A stretch of DNA of 64,000 nt from the NCBI GenBank assembly GCA_013239625.1, contig MU053810.1, forward strand, positions 5,924,122-5,988,121. Direction: 5' to 3'. The notes under the pieces were generated by a model. It was not told the DNA's origin. It did not search any database and was given only the letters and a program-made list of their open reading frames with translations. A program made the position numbers and the translations under genes. The DNA comes from Lama guanicoe (Eukaryota). Position 1 is the stretch's first letter. Each line of letters opens with the position of its first letter. Shown one piece after another: positions 14,007 to 27,136 of this stretch.

Positions 14007-15749
14007 CTTTTAAATATAGATACACAAAGATTCAGCTTCACAGGTCATATCTTAAATTCATCGAGGTTTTCTGCATGCTTACTCCCCCAGAGAGAAAAGT
14101 TCAAATTTAAATGTACCAGGTGTAGATTTTCTGCTAATCTGTTAAATACTATTGTTCCTTTTGCAAAATGGCTTTAGTGTTTCTACTTTTCATTACCATC
14201 CCAGTAAGAGCCCTGTTATTACACAGTTGACAAAGATAATACAAGTTTAAAACGGTTACAGTGAAAGAGACACCTTTATAATCAGTGCTATGTCACTGAA
14301 CCCATGATTTAAAGGTTTTACTGGGCTTATTTTAGTAATGACTACTTAGATTTAATGCTCCTAATAGTCACCTCTTCCAACAATATGTTCAAAATACAGT
14401 TGTTAAAACTTTGTTTAATATAAATTACATCCTTCCCTTAAATTAGGTAAAAGCTGGGATTATTTATCGCCCTCTTACTGACCTTTCAAGTAGGAGAAAG
14501 AGCAGTGGTGGCTTTGGAATCAAGCAAAAATGGTTTAAACCATTGGTCTGCCACAGTAAAAATCCTTGGGCAGGTTAAACTCTGTGCATTTGTCTCCCTG
14601 TATTGAGCAGATTAATAATACGAAGCAAGCTGGTCCTTAAAGGAACTGCCCAGGACACCAGTCTCATCAGGGATTTGAAACATGACTAAATAATCAGGGG
14701 AAATGTATAGTGAGCCTACTCCCAGCACAGGAGATAGTGCCCTTAAGTGGGAAAAGTAAGAATAGTTTGTTGTTACAGAGCTGGCAGGTGCAGCGACAGT
14801 CACCTGGAGTTCTGCATGCTGTCATGATGGTTACTGGGAACAAGTGACTTACTATCTAAACTTAAGCCTGTAAGACACCTGTCAAGTTGTTGTGGCTTCA
14901 GACACTCATTAAGGAAATACCTGAGACAGAACAAGAAAAATGGGAGTGTTTTGGCAGTTGTGTGGATTGTGTGTACATACGTGTCTTTAAAGACAGATTA
15001 CTCTGCCAGTAAAAATCTGTGCATCCATTGCTAACTATAATGTTTATTAATTGGAAATAGTTTTCACCCCACTTCCAGTGACTGTTAAACAAATACAGAA
15101 AATATTTTAAGTGGTACCCTAGTGTACCTTTGTCAGAATTTAAATAAGACAAAGTACGTAGCAAACATAAGAGATGTTTAATAAATGATCATTATTTGAG
15201 CCCTGTGTACCCTACTACTTCTTAAATATGTCTTAATGTTGGCTTTGGGTAATGGTTGCTGTATAAAACCCCACCCTTGTTCTCTAAAACATCTCGAAGG
15301 ACAGTTTCAGATCTAATCATTCTGCCAGAAAGAACCATCTTGTTTTTAGCCAGTTACAAACAAGCTCAGAGTCCAAAAGAGTGTGCAAATATTTACCGTT
15401 TCCACCAGGCCTCCTTTCAATTAATACCAAGCCAACCATGGATGGGTCATTCTTATCTCTGTGGAAAGTGGCTTGGTCAGAGCAACATTTGAAGGAGGGA
15501 GACAGAATAGAAAGCTATTGAATCAGCCCACCTGGATTCAAGATATATTTTAGAGGTAGAATCCGTAGGACTTACTGACACATGAGGTGAGGAGGGTGAA
15601 AGAATGGGAGTTTTGAGCTTGTTTGTTACACAACATTTTTGTAGCAGCTATTTTTCCTATACGTAGCAAGTGATAACACACTGAAACTGCAGACCCTGGA
15701 ACAAAGAGAAGATACTATAAGCATCCGAAGAGCAAGAAAAAAGACTGGT

Positions 15750-16260
15750 ATGAGACAATGGAAAATACACATATTGGTCTCTGTCTCCCGTTCCCGGTAC
15801 AGAGCTCCCCAAACTCTTGTGATTTCCTAAGTGATAAGAGCATTAGGAGCATTCTGTTGTTGTTCTAATATTTGGTCTTTGACCCTTGGTTCCTGTCCCA
15901 GGGCTCCTAGACCCCTTGGGGTTTCCTGAGTGACAGCCCTGTGTTTTGGTCTAATGAGGTGACGATGGGTCACCAAAAGGACCAAGCTATGATTAGAAGC
16001 TTGGGACTTTCAGCCCCACCCTCCATTCTCCAGAGAAGGGAGAGGGGCCGGAAATGGAGTTTACGTCTGCGCATGCCTGCGTGAGACTAAGCGTCCATAA
16101 AAACCCCCAAAGTGCGGGGCTCGGAGAGATCCTAGTTGGTGAACACATGGAGGGGCTGGGAGGGTGGCGACCCAGAGAGGGCATGGAGGTGCCACACCCC
16201 TTCCCACACAGCCTGTCCTGTGCCTCTCTCCTGCCTGGGTGTTCACCTGTATCCTTTACC
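15750..16260 (+). mobile_element. ERV LTR fragment (MER21-like)
   Basis: tattggtctctg...acagagctcc, gaccaagctatgattagaagcttgggactttcagccccac, gaacacatggagg motifs; family name from recall. Confidence 0.55.
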
Positions 16261-16519
16261 ATTTTCCACCTAAGACCAACTGTACGTATTTAAGATGGCT
16301 GATTAAGGCTGCACTGAGAAGCTGGAGGAGGCCACCGATTTGGAGTAAGAACTGAAACTAAGATTTTAACAAGATCAGTAACAGTCTCAACCAAACGACT
16401 AAATGAGTTAAACTTCACCCAGGTGCTGATTTTTATAAAATGATATGTAATAGCATGGCTTAATCAATGCAATGCCAACAGTAACAACTAATAAAAACCA
16501 TAACATTTCTCATTAACCT

Positions 16520-16525
16520 TTTATT
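16520..16525 (-). terminator. Candidate ACBD5 polyadenylation signal (3'UTR ~1.9 kb)
   Basis: tttatt on + = AATAAA on -; lies at the end of a stretch without recognisable repeats that follows the ACBD5 stop. Confidence 0.6.
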
Positions 16526-18437
16526 TTTAACTTGGTTTTACAATAAAGAAACAAAATAGAAGTAGATCGTTAAAAAAATACCATAGCTGTCAATTTAAAA
16601 TTTTAAATGAGGTTCTTGTTAAACAAAGCAGTACCACTATATCCTATAATTTCATCTTTACTTGTATATACAAGAACTGTGTGCAAAGTGCTTTTCAAAC
16701 TATAAAATAAAACTTCGGAATAGGATACAAATAGTTATACCTAGGAGTTAGTAGCCCCCAACTGCTTCAATGAATCACAACTGCTTTCATTCTTAATTTG
16801 CATCTTATTTATTTACATACTAAGAGAAAAAGCCACCATTTTCTGATACCAGATTGATAGCTAATTTTTGAAAATAATCCCCGATCCACAGGTCTAAGTT
16901 TTATTTTCACTTATAATGCAGAGTTAATTGCTTCATTTTTTTTTCCTGAAATAAATAGAGGACAGTTTTTAAAAAGCAAATAGTAGTAGATCCCTTGAGA
17001 CGAGACACATTTTAATCAAGACGGGATTAAAAAATAAAAAAATCAAGTTACCTGTAAGGAAAAAAGAGTCTTAGGAAAAGCAAATCATATTCTTCTGCTT
17101 TTTTCTTCAGGTAAACAGAGAACCACCCTCTATACTAGGGATGGGTTACTTTCTTATTGAAAACATTCTGAACACATGATGTTAAACTCAACATCATACA
17201 TACCAAGAATATTTTTTAATTATTTGATACTAAGCCTTTGAATCAGACAAATCTTTAAAGCACAAGGTACATCTACATGAGAAGGTAGTTTAAAAGGTAT
17301 ACAGCAAGAGTCATTCCAAACAAAGCCTGCAAGGATCCAAATGTGGTAGGTTGGTGGGGGAGGGGAGACACTTAAATTTACACCAGTTGGGTATGTCTTG
17401 TTCACGTGGAAGCACATGGCCTGCTAGCTTGCAAATCCTTCCAGTACCCTGGTGAAGTAGGTTTATCGCAAATACTACCCCCGAAGGAAAACCTGAGGCA
17501 CTAAGAGGTTAAGAGTCCGGTCTGTATAGTTTATCAGTTGCAGAAAAGCGATTTTCATGTGTTTCCTTTTTAACCTTTGTAAAAACAGTATAAATAAGTT
17601 TTCATTTTATATTTCAAAGCACCCTATGAAGCAGAAACAAGATATCCTCAGTTAAAGAAAAATGATTACAAAGGAATCGGTGTATGTGATGGAATACAAA
17701 TCTTATGCATGATCTGCAGGTTGAGAATACACTGTCAAACCTACTGTAGGCCCCTCTTCATCACTTTCATTAGCAGGTTATGGCCACTCTGTGAATCATT
17801 TGTTAAAACTAAGCCAAGTACCTAGGACTCTACTTTGTCATAACGATGCCTGAACACTAACGTTAGAGCTGTGAGCCCAAGAAAGATTACGGGTGGGCAG
17901 CCCACGAAGTGGATGGACGTGGAGAAGATTCTTCCAGCCATTTTCTACTCCTTGGCATGGCGCTTCAGTGACTAAGAAAGCAAGCCGATTTAATCTCACT
18001 TGAAACACTCCTGGTTTGCATTCTTGCTCATATTTAATTTGGAAAATTAAAAATACCCAGTTACAAATCTGTTGTCATGATCACAACTGTACCTTTGGAA
18101 AAGCAGCTTATATTTCTCTATGGGAGATAGTCAGGTAAACATGTTACCAAACAATAATTAAATGTCCTTCAAGTTCAAGGGTGGGGTAAATAAATCTATG
18201 TATGCTACTTGTAACCTAGTTGAGACTGATTATTCAAGTATCAGCAATATTAGTCCTTAAAATGTTATCATTTGTGTAGTGCAAAATGTATGTATGTATA
18301 TATGTACACAAACCAAACTACTGGACAACAAAAAGAAATGTAACCATCACAAACTAGGGTTCTCGTGTGAGCTCCACAATCCATCGTATTCCGAGGTCAT
18401 CCAGGCCAACAGTCCTCTTCGGTAAGTGTCATGCTCT

Positions 18438-18450
18438 TCAGTTCAGTTTT
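18438..18450 (-). CDS. ACBD5: ACBD5 last coding exon (R)KLN*
   Basis: minus strand ctttttaaag|A AAA CTG AAC TGA; completes the ACBD5 C-terminus YYQRRRRKLN. Confidence 0.92.
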
Positions 18451-18689
18451 CTTTAAAAAGAAAGGCAGAAAAAAAACCAATGTCCTATGAGTATAAACGT
18501 AACCTGAAAATGAAACACATCCATACCAAAGAATTGGCTGAACGGTAACACAACAATCATATTCAAATTCAAAATAAGACCGTAAAGTTACAAGTGATTC
18601 TTATGAAATTACTTCACATCACTTGGGGCTCAACAGGAAAGATCCAGTTGCAAGGGATGACATTACCAAACAGCTCTGGTTTCTTTTGC

Positions 18690-18915
18690 AATTGAAGTAC
18701 AGTTGATTTACAATGTTGTGTCAGTTTCAGGTGGATAGCAAAGTGATTCAATTATACATACATTTTTTTTTCTTTTTCAGATTCTTTTCCATTATAGGTT
18801 ATTATAAGAAGTTGAATAGAGTCCCTGGTGTTATACAGTAGGCCCTTGTTGCTTATCTGTTTTATATACAGTAGTTTGTATCTGCCAATCCCAAACTCCT
18901 AATTCATCCCTCCTC
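18690..18915 (-). mobile_element. Short L1 3'UTR fragment
   Basis: attgaagtacagttgatttacaatgttgtg...ccaatcccaaactcc, same L1 3' end as the other copies in the window. Confidence 0.8.
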
Positions 18916-19750
18916 CTCCAACCAAATAGTTTGTAATAAACAATTTAAATGTACATGCCTCCTCTCATAGCTTCTAGATTCTCATCTTTTTCCAGTTGGC
19001 TGTTCCACAGTTCAGATATTTGCCAGTTATTCCATAATATCATCAAAAGGAAAAAGTTGTGAAACAATAAAGCGTAATAAAACAACAGACGGTTGATAGA
19101 TATACAACCTGGACTGTTCATTTAATCAACACACATTATGTATCTGTTACTTTTCAGGCACTCTGCCAGGTACTGGGGATTCAGACGTCCACGAGGCAGG
19201 CTCTCAGCCCTCAAGAGAGCTCTCAGCTAATTGATGGGGTGCCGGGGGTACATAATAACCAGCAACTCAGATATGAATAATGTGGCGGTATTAATGACAG
19301 CAGAGTAAGCTACCAGAAAAGGATGGGCTTGTTAGCACAACACAGAACAATCACAGATGCTCTGAATTCTGCAAAAGGTCTCACTGCTGTAAAATCTCTA
19401 TACCCTCCTCAGCATTCCAGATGCCACAGTGTCTGAAACTTTCATTATTTATTCTTTTCCTCTGTAGAAATACTCCTATGCAATCTTCTTGGCAGGAGTG
19501 GTATTTTAAATAATCAGACCATTTCTTATCCTCTGCATAAATCTTCTAATGTACACCTTGGCAGGAGGGACATTTGAAATAATCAGATGGATTTTCACAT
19601 AACCGGAGGAGGAGATTACTCATGGCATGAAGAAAAAAGGCCCCTGGAGGAACAGAGTCATGGGTGGTTCCAAAGACTGGCTGCCTGAGTGAGGCTTTAG
19701 CAGAAATGCTAGCTGGGAGGTACCTGAACAGTTATCAACACTTCCTAAGT

Positions 19751-19885
19751 TGGGGAGAGTATAGGTCAGTGGCAGAACATGTTATTAGCATGCATGAGGT
19801 TCTGGGTTCAATCCCCAGTACCTCCATTAAAAATAAATAGATAAACCTAATTACCCCGCCCCCTCAAAAATAAAAATAAATAAAA
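19751..19885 (+). mobile_element. tRNA-derived SINE
   Basis: ggggagagtatagg...gggttcaatccccagtacctcc...aaacctaattacc; TSD aacacttcctaag. Confidence 0.85.
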
Positions 19886-20436
19886 AACACTTCCTAAGAA
19901 CCCACGTGATGCAAATTGCTATATAAAGTCCTTCGCAGCTTTACCAGAAAGCACACAATCTGGTCTATGAACTCTCCAATCTTCAATGTAATAGGGAAAC
20001 AGACATAAATCATTATTGCTATCTTCAGAATCTGGGGATGTTTTTCAGGCTTTCAGTGAGATTCTTCTCTCCTTTTTAAAAAAATTAACTTGGAAAATGT
20101 AGGGTACAGCCTGACAAAAGAAGAAAAGTTACGCAAAACAACAGATGAGAAAATTGGAGTCACATTCTGCCTTTCCCCAGCCCGCTGAACTCTCAGCCCT
20201 GCTGAGAGTCTCTCCTGCCTCACTGGAAGTCTGGGCCTGACTTTTTGGTCCAGGACCACCTTCTCCAGGCTCCATCTGAAGAATGTTTCTCCTGAGATCT
20301 GCCCCCACCTTATCCAGTTTTTACTGGATAAAAACTGAACACTCATTGTCTCCAAGGAAACAACATGCTGGCAAGGTCATGAATCTGGGCACACTGATAA
20401 AGAAAAATGGTTAGAAATATCCTTTCCTTCAAAGTA

Positions 20437-20894
20437 CAGGCATCCTTTGACGATACTGCAGGTTTGGTTCTGGACCACCGCAATACAGTTAATACCGCAA
20501 TAAAGCGAGTCACACAAATGTTCTGGTTTCCTGGTACCCACACTATAGTGTAGTCTATTAAATGTGCCATAGCATTATGTCTGAAAAAAACAATGTACAG
20601 ACCTTAATTAAAAATTGCTTAATTGCTAAAAAATGCTAACTATCATGTGAGCCTTCAGCAAGCCGTAGTAGACACATCAAAGATCACTGGTCACAGGTTA
20701 CCATAACAGATATAACAATAATGAAGAAGTCTGAACTATGTCAAGAATTACCAAAATATAACCCAGAAGCATGAAGTGAGCAAATGCTGTTGGGGAAATG
20801 GTGTTGATAAATTGTGACAGAGTTGCCACAAACCTTCAATTTGTAAAAAATGTAGTATCTGCAAAGTGCAACAGTATGAAATGAGGTCTGCCTG
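20437..20894. mobile_element. Tigger1-family non-autonomous DNA transposon
   Basis: ta|caggcatcc...gaccaccgcaata...gcaataaagcgagtcacac and right end gaggtctgcctg (degenerate TIRs). Confidence 0.75.
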
Positions 20895-21321
20895 GAACAG
20901 ATTAAGAATAGCCTTGTCGACTGAACGGGTCAGCTTTCAGTTTGTCCCTTGGGGACAATTTTAACAGCAGAATGACCAGGTGAGGTCATCAGGGCCATGT
21001 GGTACCACAGGCTCAAGTCTAACAGGAGACAGGGCCGCAGGTGTTGGCTACTCTGCACATCACATACGGAAGGAGTGTTTTTCAGATCCCCTGCAGAGTG
21101 ATACGAGATCTCTTTTACTTTTAAATTTATATCCTTCTATATTGATGGGGAAAAAAAATCAAGCAGCGGACCTTAAGTATTACTTTTGATGTAAAAAAAT
21201 CTTTTAAAGCTTACCACAAATAGACAGCCACTTATTTTACATGCGTATAAGGTGATCTCAGTGTGTGTTTGCATCCAGATGCACATACATGAAATAAAAT
21301 CAAGCTTGTCTGGGGAAGCGG

Positions 21322-21438
21322 GGTTAGTGGGGTAGAGCTCAGTGGTAGAGCTCATGCTTAGCATGCACAAGGTCCTGAGTTCAATCCCCAGTACCTCCAT
21401 TAAAAAATAAACCCAATTACTTCCCCCAACCAAAAAAA
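21322..21438 (+). mobile_element. tRNA-derived SINE
   Basis: gtagagctcagtggtagag...ttcaatccccagtacctccattaaaaaataaacccaattac; imperfect TSD aaatcaa(g/at)cttgt. Confidence 0.85.
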
Positions 21439-23736
21439 ATCAAATCTTGTTCACAATCTACGGTACCTCAGGTGCCATCCTGCCCAGAGTGGGCATTTAG
21501 CACATATTTTTTGAAAGTCTCCTACGTGCCAGATACTGTACCAGGGGATGAGGTACAGGATGGCCTTATTATGAGTAGGGCACACCCTCTCCTGGTCACA
21601 CATCTCCCATCCTAAGAGGATTTCTAGATCTTTCTCTTCATCTCTAACCCAGACCTGTCTTTTCCAAACTAAGCACAATGTCATCTAATCTTCTTTCCTA
21701 TAACTGTCCGATTAAAAACTGTTAAGCATTGCCAGATTAAAAAATGCCCTAAATCCCCTCCAGGCCAAAACTTATTTCCAAATCTAATACGGCTCCATCT
21801 CCAACCCCAGCTGATCTGTTACACATATAATCCAACAGTACATAAAAACAATATATCCCATCAAAGTGCAGTTGTGCAGCACTAAATAATTTACAGTGTG
21901 GAAGGACTATACACCTAACATACACTGGAAAACTTGATAAAGATTCAATGATAAAAAAGCAGGAAATTAAACATAGAGAAAAGCTTCTCCATTCAGAGAC
22001 ATCTGTCAACAACTGAAAGGAACACTTAGGAGAAATGGTAATACTTCTGCTAGTAAGGAATGTTAAAAAGAAATAATTTAGAAAAACTGCAATTTTCAGT
22101 GACTGATGAAGCAAAGTATAGTTTGTTTTTTGTCTTTAGTAAAGTGACAAGCTTCTTCAACCTTAGGCATGAAATAAATTATTAACCAAAGCAAACTTCA
22201 GGGCTTTTTTTGTCCTGTGCTGAATTTCTCTATTTTTCAATCCCTAACTTTCTGCAAAGACAACATGAAAAGGAACTTTGAAATGCATTGCAAAATACGT
22301 AAACACCTCCCTTTAGTGTCCCTGCCACTTAAATCTAGCAAAACCACATACTGAAAAAAGGTTTGGTCCTTTTTTCCTCCTCTTTTCAGGGAAATTAAGA
22401 CTTAAAAACCTGTATAAGCATCCAACCATCACAGGAAAAACATAAAATGTGCGAATAAAGAAAAGAAAGGATTTAAATTAAGGTCTGTATCTTAATAGCT
22501 GAAATGACACAAACAAAGATGAAATAGAAAGAGGGTAAACGATACTGAGAAAGTAACTTAAACTTCTGAAATCCCACTAAAGTTTTTGCAAGTGGGCAAA
22601 GCATATGCCCAGAACACCGATGTACCAGAAAACGTATTTAGTTCATTTATGAACATAAATCAAACCATCTTAACATAAGCAGAGAACAGGGAAGACTAAA
22701 CTGATTCAGCCAATGTCACATGCATGTCAGTTTCTCCACTGTAAAGTATTATCACTGGAGAACTTACACTAGTGGGCTGCTTACCCCTTTTACATAAGAC
22801 AAGGGTAAATGTTTGGTTTTTGCTTTTGTTATCACTTGTAATAGTTAGAAACCTGGGTCCTCTGGTTGAGGAACAGACCTGTAATTATTTAAACTTGTAG
22901 ATTTTTAAAAATATATTTCTACTGCACATATTTAAGATAGCAATTAAAATCTTACCATTAAATATTCTATATCTCTTTTCTCCATGTGTTGTTACTTAAT
23001 GGGAAATGGTGATGAAACACTATAAACATAATCAGTGAGGCCATGAATGACATAAACATTTGTCCATCTGCCAATCCAGGGAAAGTAATTCAGTTTACAT
23101 AATGTCCAAAAAAAAAAGCTTTAAAGATTTTCTTGAACCCAAGAGTTTTGGCCTCAGGTTATTCCTAGTCTAGACCATCTCAGGGCACTTTCAAGGATTC
23201 CAATCTATTATTGTCAAACTTATCTGAGTTATTTCCTGGCATCCAAACTGGAATTCTGGCCCTCAAGTTAGAATAAGCCCTATTTTTAGAGACAGTCAAC
23301 CACCAGGATGAAAATTTTCTGAAACGCCAATGTCTGTATTTCTAAGGTACAGAGAACACACCGACATTATTTGTTTACTTATACGTTGTCCTTTAATATT
23401 AGCAAAGGGACCAAAATAAACATCAGACTTGTTGAAGAACACTGTTTCCTAGTAAGACATAAAACTTAAGCCTATAATCACTTTCTTTTGTTGCCTAAAT
23501 CAAAGGTGTACAAACGCCATCAGACGTTCTCAAGGGAAAAATATTTAAATCTAACAAGTATCTAGAAACCCACCACGTATCATTTCCAAGGTAGTTTCAG
23601 TGTCAGGATCGGTACAGAATGCTCAGTATGACAATCCATAAAATGGACCAATCTCCCCAACTGCTGCTGAAAGCTCTGTCTTCTGTAGATTGTAAGAGTT
23701 TACATACCACTTTGAACTATAAAACCATAGTGTTAC

Positions 23737-23846
23737 CTTCTCCTTCTTTGATAATATAAATACACCAACCACTGGGCAATAAAAGGCCATATGATAGCAA
23801 AAGTTAATGCACCAGGAGACATCTCAAAGGGCCACCAAGACGGTCT
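23737..23846 (-). CDS. ACBD5: ACBD5 tail-anchor transmembrane exon
   Basis: ttctcag|AGACCG...AGAAG|gtaac; RPSWWPFEMSPGALTFAIIWPFIAQWLVYLYYQRRR. Confidence 0.96.
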
Positions 23847-24168
23847 CTGAGAAAATAAAATAAGCCAGTCACCAATCTATTACATATTGCACGTACAAAC
23901 TTAAAAACAGACCTAATTCATAATTTTGAAAATATACAGCTAATAATAGATCTCACTCCTGCTAAAGGGAGGGAGATCATTTTAGAACATAATTCAGTAA
24001 GTAGACTTTCAGAAGTACTTCAGACTTACTACAAAACAAACGCACTTTAAACTTCAAAGTTCTAAAGGGTAGATTTCATTTGGAACACTTTAAGGATGTC
24101 ATAGAATCTAAATTTATTGTAATTTATTTGAAACCATGGCACTTAGATTTAAGACAAGAATTCCTTAC

Positions 24169-24213
24169 CGGTGAAGGGGGCTGATTACTGGTCTGTAATG
24201 CTGATGATTTTGC
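24169..24213 (-). CDS. ACBD5: ACBD5 45-nt exon
   Basis: tatag|GCAAAA...TCACCG|gtaagg; AKSSALQTSNQPPSP, phase 0-0. Confidence 0.88.
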
Positions 24214-25111
24214 CTATAAATACAAATGAAAGTGATTTAGCTTTGAAAAAAAAATTTCTTTTGTTATTTTTCTAAATAACTTTTTCTATTTTCTTATTTT
24301 GTTGTTGTTAAAAGAAAGCTGAAATAATATTCATTTTTGGTTTTTCTGTTAACTTTGCTTTGATTATCATGAAACTCATACTGGCCAAATTAAAAGTTCC
24401 TAAAGTTGCTAGCCAAAGAATTATCTTTGACATTTTATGTTTTACAGTTCAAACAATATCAAATTATCAAACTAAAACCTCAAATTAACCTAAAACATTA
24501 CTTCTTTTACATTCTTATTAAATTGCCTACTCAACATTTCTTATTAATTCCTTAATTTCCACACAACTACCAACTGACAAGCACATTTGAGAACTACAGC
24601 CTGGATTATTAAAACTGTAAAAATGTAAAGATTATATAAACAATATCCAAATACCCATAGTGGAGGTCAAATTAAAACTCTACATTTCTCTCTGGCTTGA
24701 AAGGTTTGATCCTAAAACTAATTTACAATAAAGAATTGGTAAGTTAGTGTATTACCTCCACAGTATTTTAAAAAGAAGTCAAGATAGAGGACAAAAGGAT
24801 GACACTTCAGTGATGAACTCTAGGGCATTAGTTAAGGTCTCTTTACTAGTGCCTCACTTTGTACACTATTCAACAGCTCTTACTCCTCTTCCTACCTTCC
24901 TGCTAATTTTATATACTGAAAATTTTCTGTAATTTTAAGTGGTATTTGGCTTTTGGGTCAATCTTTTCTGAAATAGTACTTTCAAAAGTAGATCCTTTAA
25001 AAACTCATTGAACTGCACTGATGTACGTAAATCAGATTAACACGGATTCCAATGACATGCTGTCTGACCGGATTATCAGGAGAACGAGGTGAGACAAATG
25101 TGGAAGCCCAC

Positions 25112-25311
25112 CTGCGAAGCCGTCAGGGTCTCCAGCTTGTGGAGTCTCTGGAGGACGCTCTGCATGTCCTCCTGCAGGCGCATGAGCACAAGAGCAATCT
25201 GCTCGTTGAGGCTGCCCCTCGACCCTCTGTCCGAGCCCCAGCGCTCCCCATCACCTCCACTGCCCACTTGCCGACCCTTGTTTCCGTCACTCAAATGCTG
25301 CATCCTGTGCC
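25112..25311 (-). CDS. ACBD5: ACBD5 coiled-coil exon
   Basis: aaacag|GGCACA...TCGCAG|gtgggc; GHRMQHLSDG...SLNEQIALVLMRLQEDMQSVLQRLHKLETLTASQ. Confidence 0.96.
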
Positions 25312-26695
25312 CTGTTTGAAAAGCGAAAGAAGTTAGTTTTAAACAATTCTTATAAAAGCAGAAACGGTGTGTTTTCTTCATTTTCCTCTGCTATTTCTTC
25401 GAGATCTAAATCTCCAAAGTGGAGTGGAAGGAATCAGGATGTAAACAAAATAAACTACTGAATTCAAAGAAGTAGACATACACATAAATTTCCATTTACA
25501 TTCTTACATTTTTTTGCTAAGGTTTTATTTATAATGTACTTAATACAGTCATACATGACTAAATGTACACAAACAATTTGCCCATTTGGGGTACATTCTT
25601 AAAAACTCTCTACTAATACAGTAACAAAATTGAAAAAATATGAGGACTATTTCTTTAAAGTATTAAAAGCTACAGTAAATGGCCATGTTTTCGTATTTGG
25701 TCACTGTAAGCCACCCAAAATGTTTCTGAATGGTTTTTCTTATAAACACCATTATAGAGATGGTGAAAACTCACCACTGCTAAGATTTTGTTGTATATCC
25801 AATCACTCTTTTTTCTACACATATATTTGCAGAATTGGCATTATCCCTTATATATAACTTTGTGTCCTACTTTAAAAAAACTATCATGAACGTTTATGTG
25901 CATCATTAAATTTTTTTCTAAAAACACTGAAACGGCTACATAAATTCATTTGTATCACCATGAAGTAATTTATTTAATCATTCACCACCTTTAGATAGTT
26001 AGAGTGACTCCACATTTTTACGATTACAAATAGCATTGCAATGAGTGTCTTTGGATATAAACTCTTATCCAAATTTCTGTTGATTTAAGACAGACAGAGT
26101 CAAAGAAGGGTTACTGGGTCAAAGGATAACAACTCTGTTGTGGTTCTTATTGAGTGTTGCCAAGTTATTTTTCAGAAAGGCTGAAACTGTGTATAAATAC
26201 TGCAGTGTGTAAAAGGTACCACCATATAACCTTACCCCTGCAGAAACGGAATATCACAAGTTTTTACATGTTTTCTAATATAATACATAGTTTTGTTTTA
26301 AATAATAGAAAGAAAATTGTCTACCTCGTTGCCCTTTGGGATCCTAGAACCCTACAGAAGCAAGATTCCCAAAGCTGAATTTGCATCAAACAGTGTTTGG
26401 GGTTGTAGGAGAAATGGAATTGGGAGCAATTTGCCAAGTTAAACCCCAAAGAGTACAATGAAATGTTTGATGCATTTCTCAAGAAAACCTCTGCTCTTGT
26501 ATCAAAAGGAAGTAAATTTTGAAGTGGTCCTTTCTGAACTCAGCTACTGGTCAGACATGGTCAGATGTTATGTCAGGGTAACTTTCAACATTCTCCCTGC
26601 AGACTGATAGTCCCTATGCCTCTCCTACCTAGAACCTCCCATTTCACTGGCTGCTTTATAAAGATAGTGAGAATAAGACACAAGTTAATACCCAC

Positions 26696-26963
26696 CTCTC
26701 CCTCTTCTGACGTTAGAGAATTCCTCATTTTCCCCAGCCCGTTTCTCACGGTGCGGCGCTCCACTGTTACTCCTGCCGTCTTCTCCTCCATGCTTTACTT
26801 CACCTTTTCCTTCGACTGCTTCTGCCTGCACATCCCCAGTGCTGCCATTTCCAGAAGATACTTGAACATCTTCAGGAAAACCAGAGCTTTCCAAGGGCTG
26901 ACTGGGATCACCACGCAAGTAATATCGAAATGGCCCACTGTTTGACGTAAAGCTATCTAAAGA
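26696..26963 (-). CDS. ACBD5: ACBD5 internal exon (268 nt)
   Basis: tgtag|TCTTTA...GGGAGAG|gtgggt; SLDSFTSNSGPFRYYL...AVEGKGEVKHGGEDGRSNSGAPHREKR...NVRRGR. Confidence 0.94.
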
Positions 26964-27031
26964 CTACAAATTTAAAAACACTTAGTTATACAACACAAAG
27001 CTTTCATCACAATAGAAGAATGACTGCTTTT

Positions 27032-27136
27032 GGGGGGGCAATTAGGTTTATTTACTTAGTTTTAAGGGAGGTACTGGGGATTGAATCCAGGACCTCATGC
27101 ATGTTAGGCAGGTACTGTACTATATATCCTCCCCCT
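27032..27136 (-). mobile_element. tRNA-derived SINE
   Basis: aattaggttt...ggaggtactggggattgaatccaggacc; TSD gaagaatgactgctttt (27015, 27138). Confidence 0.85.
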
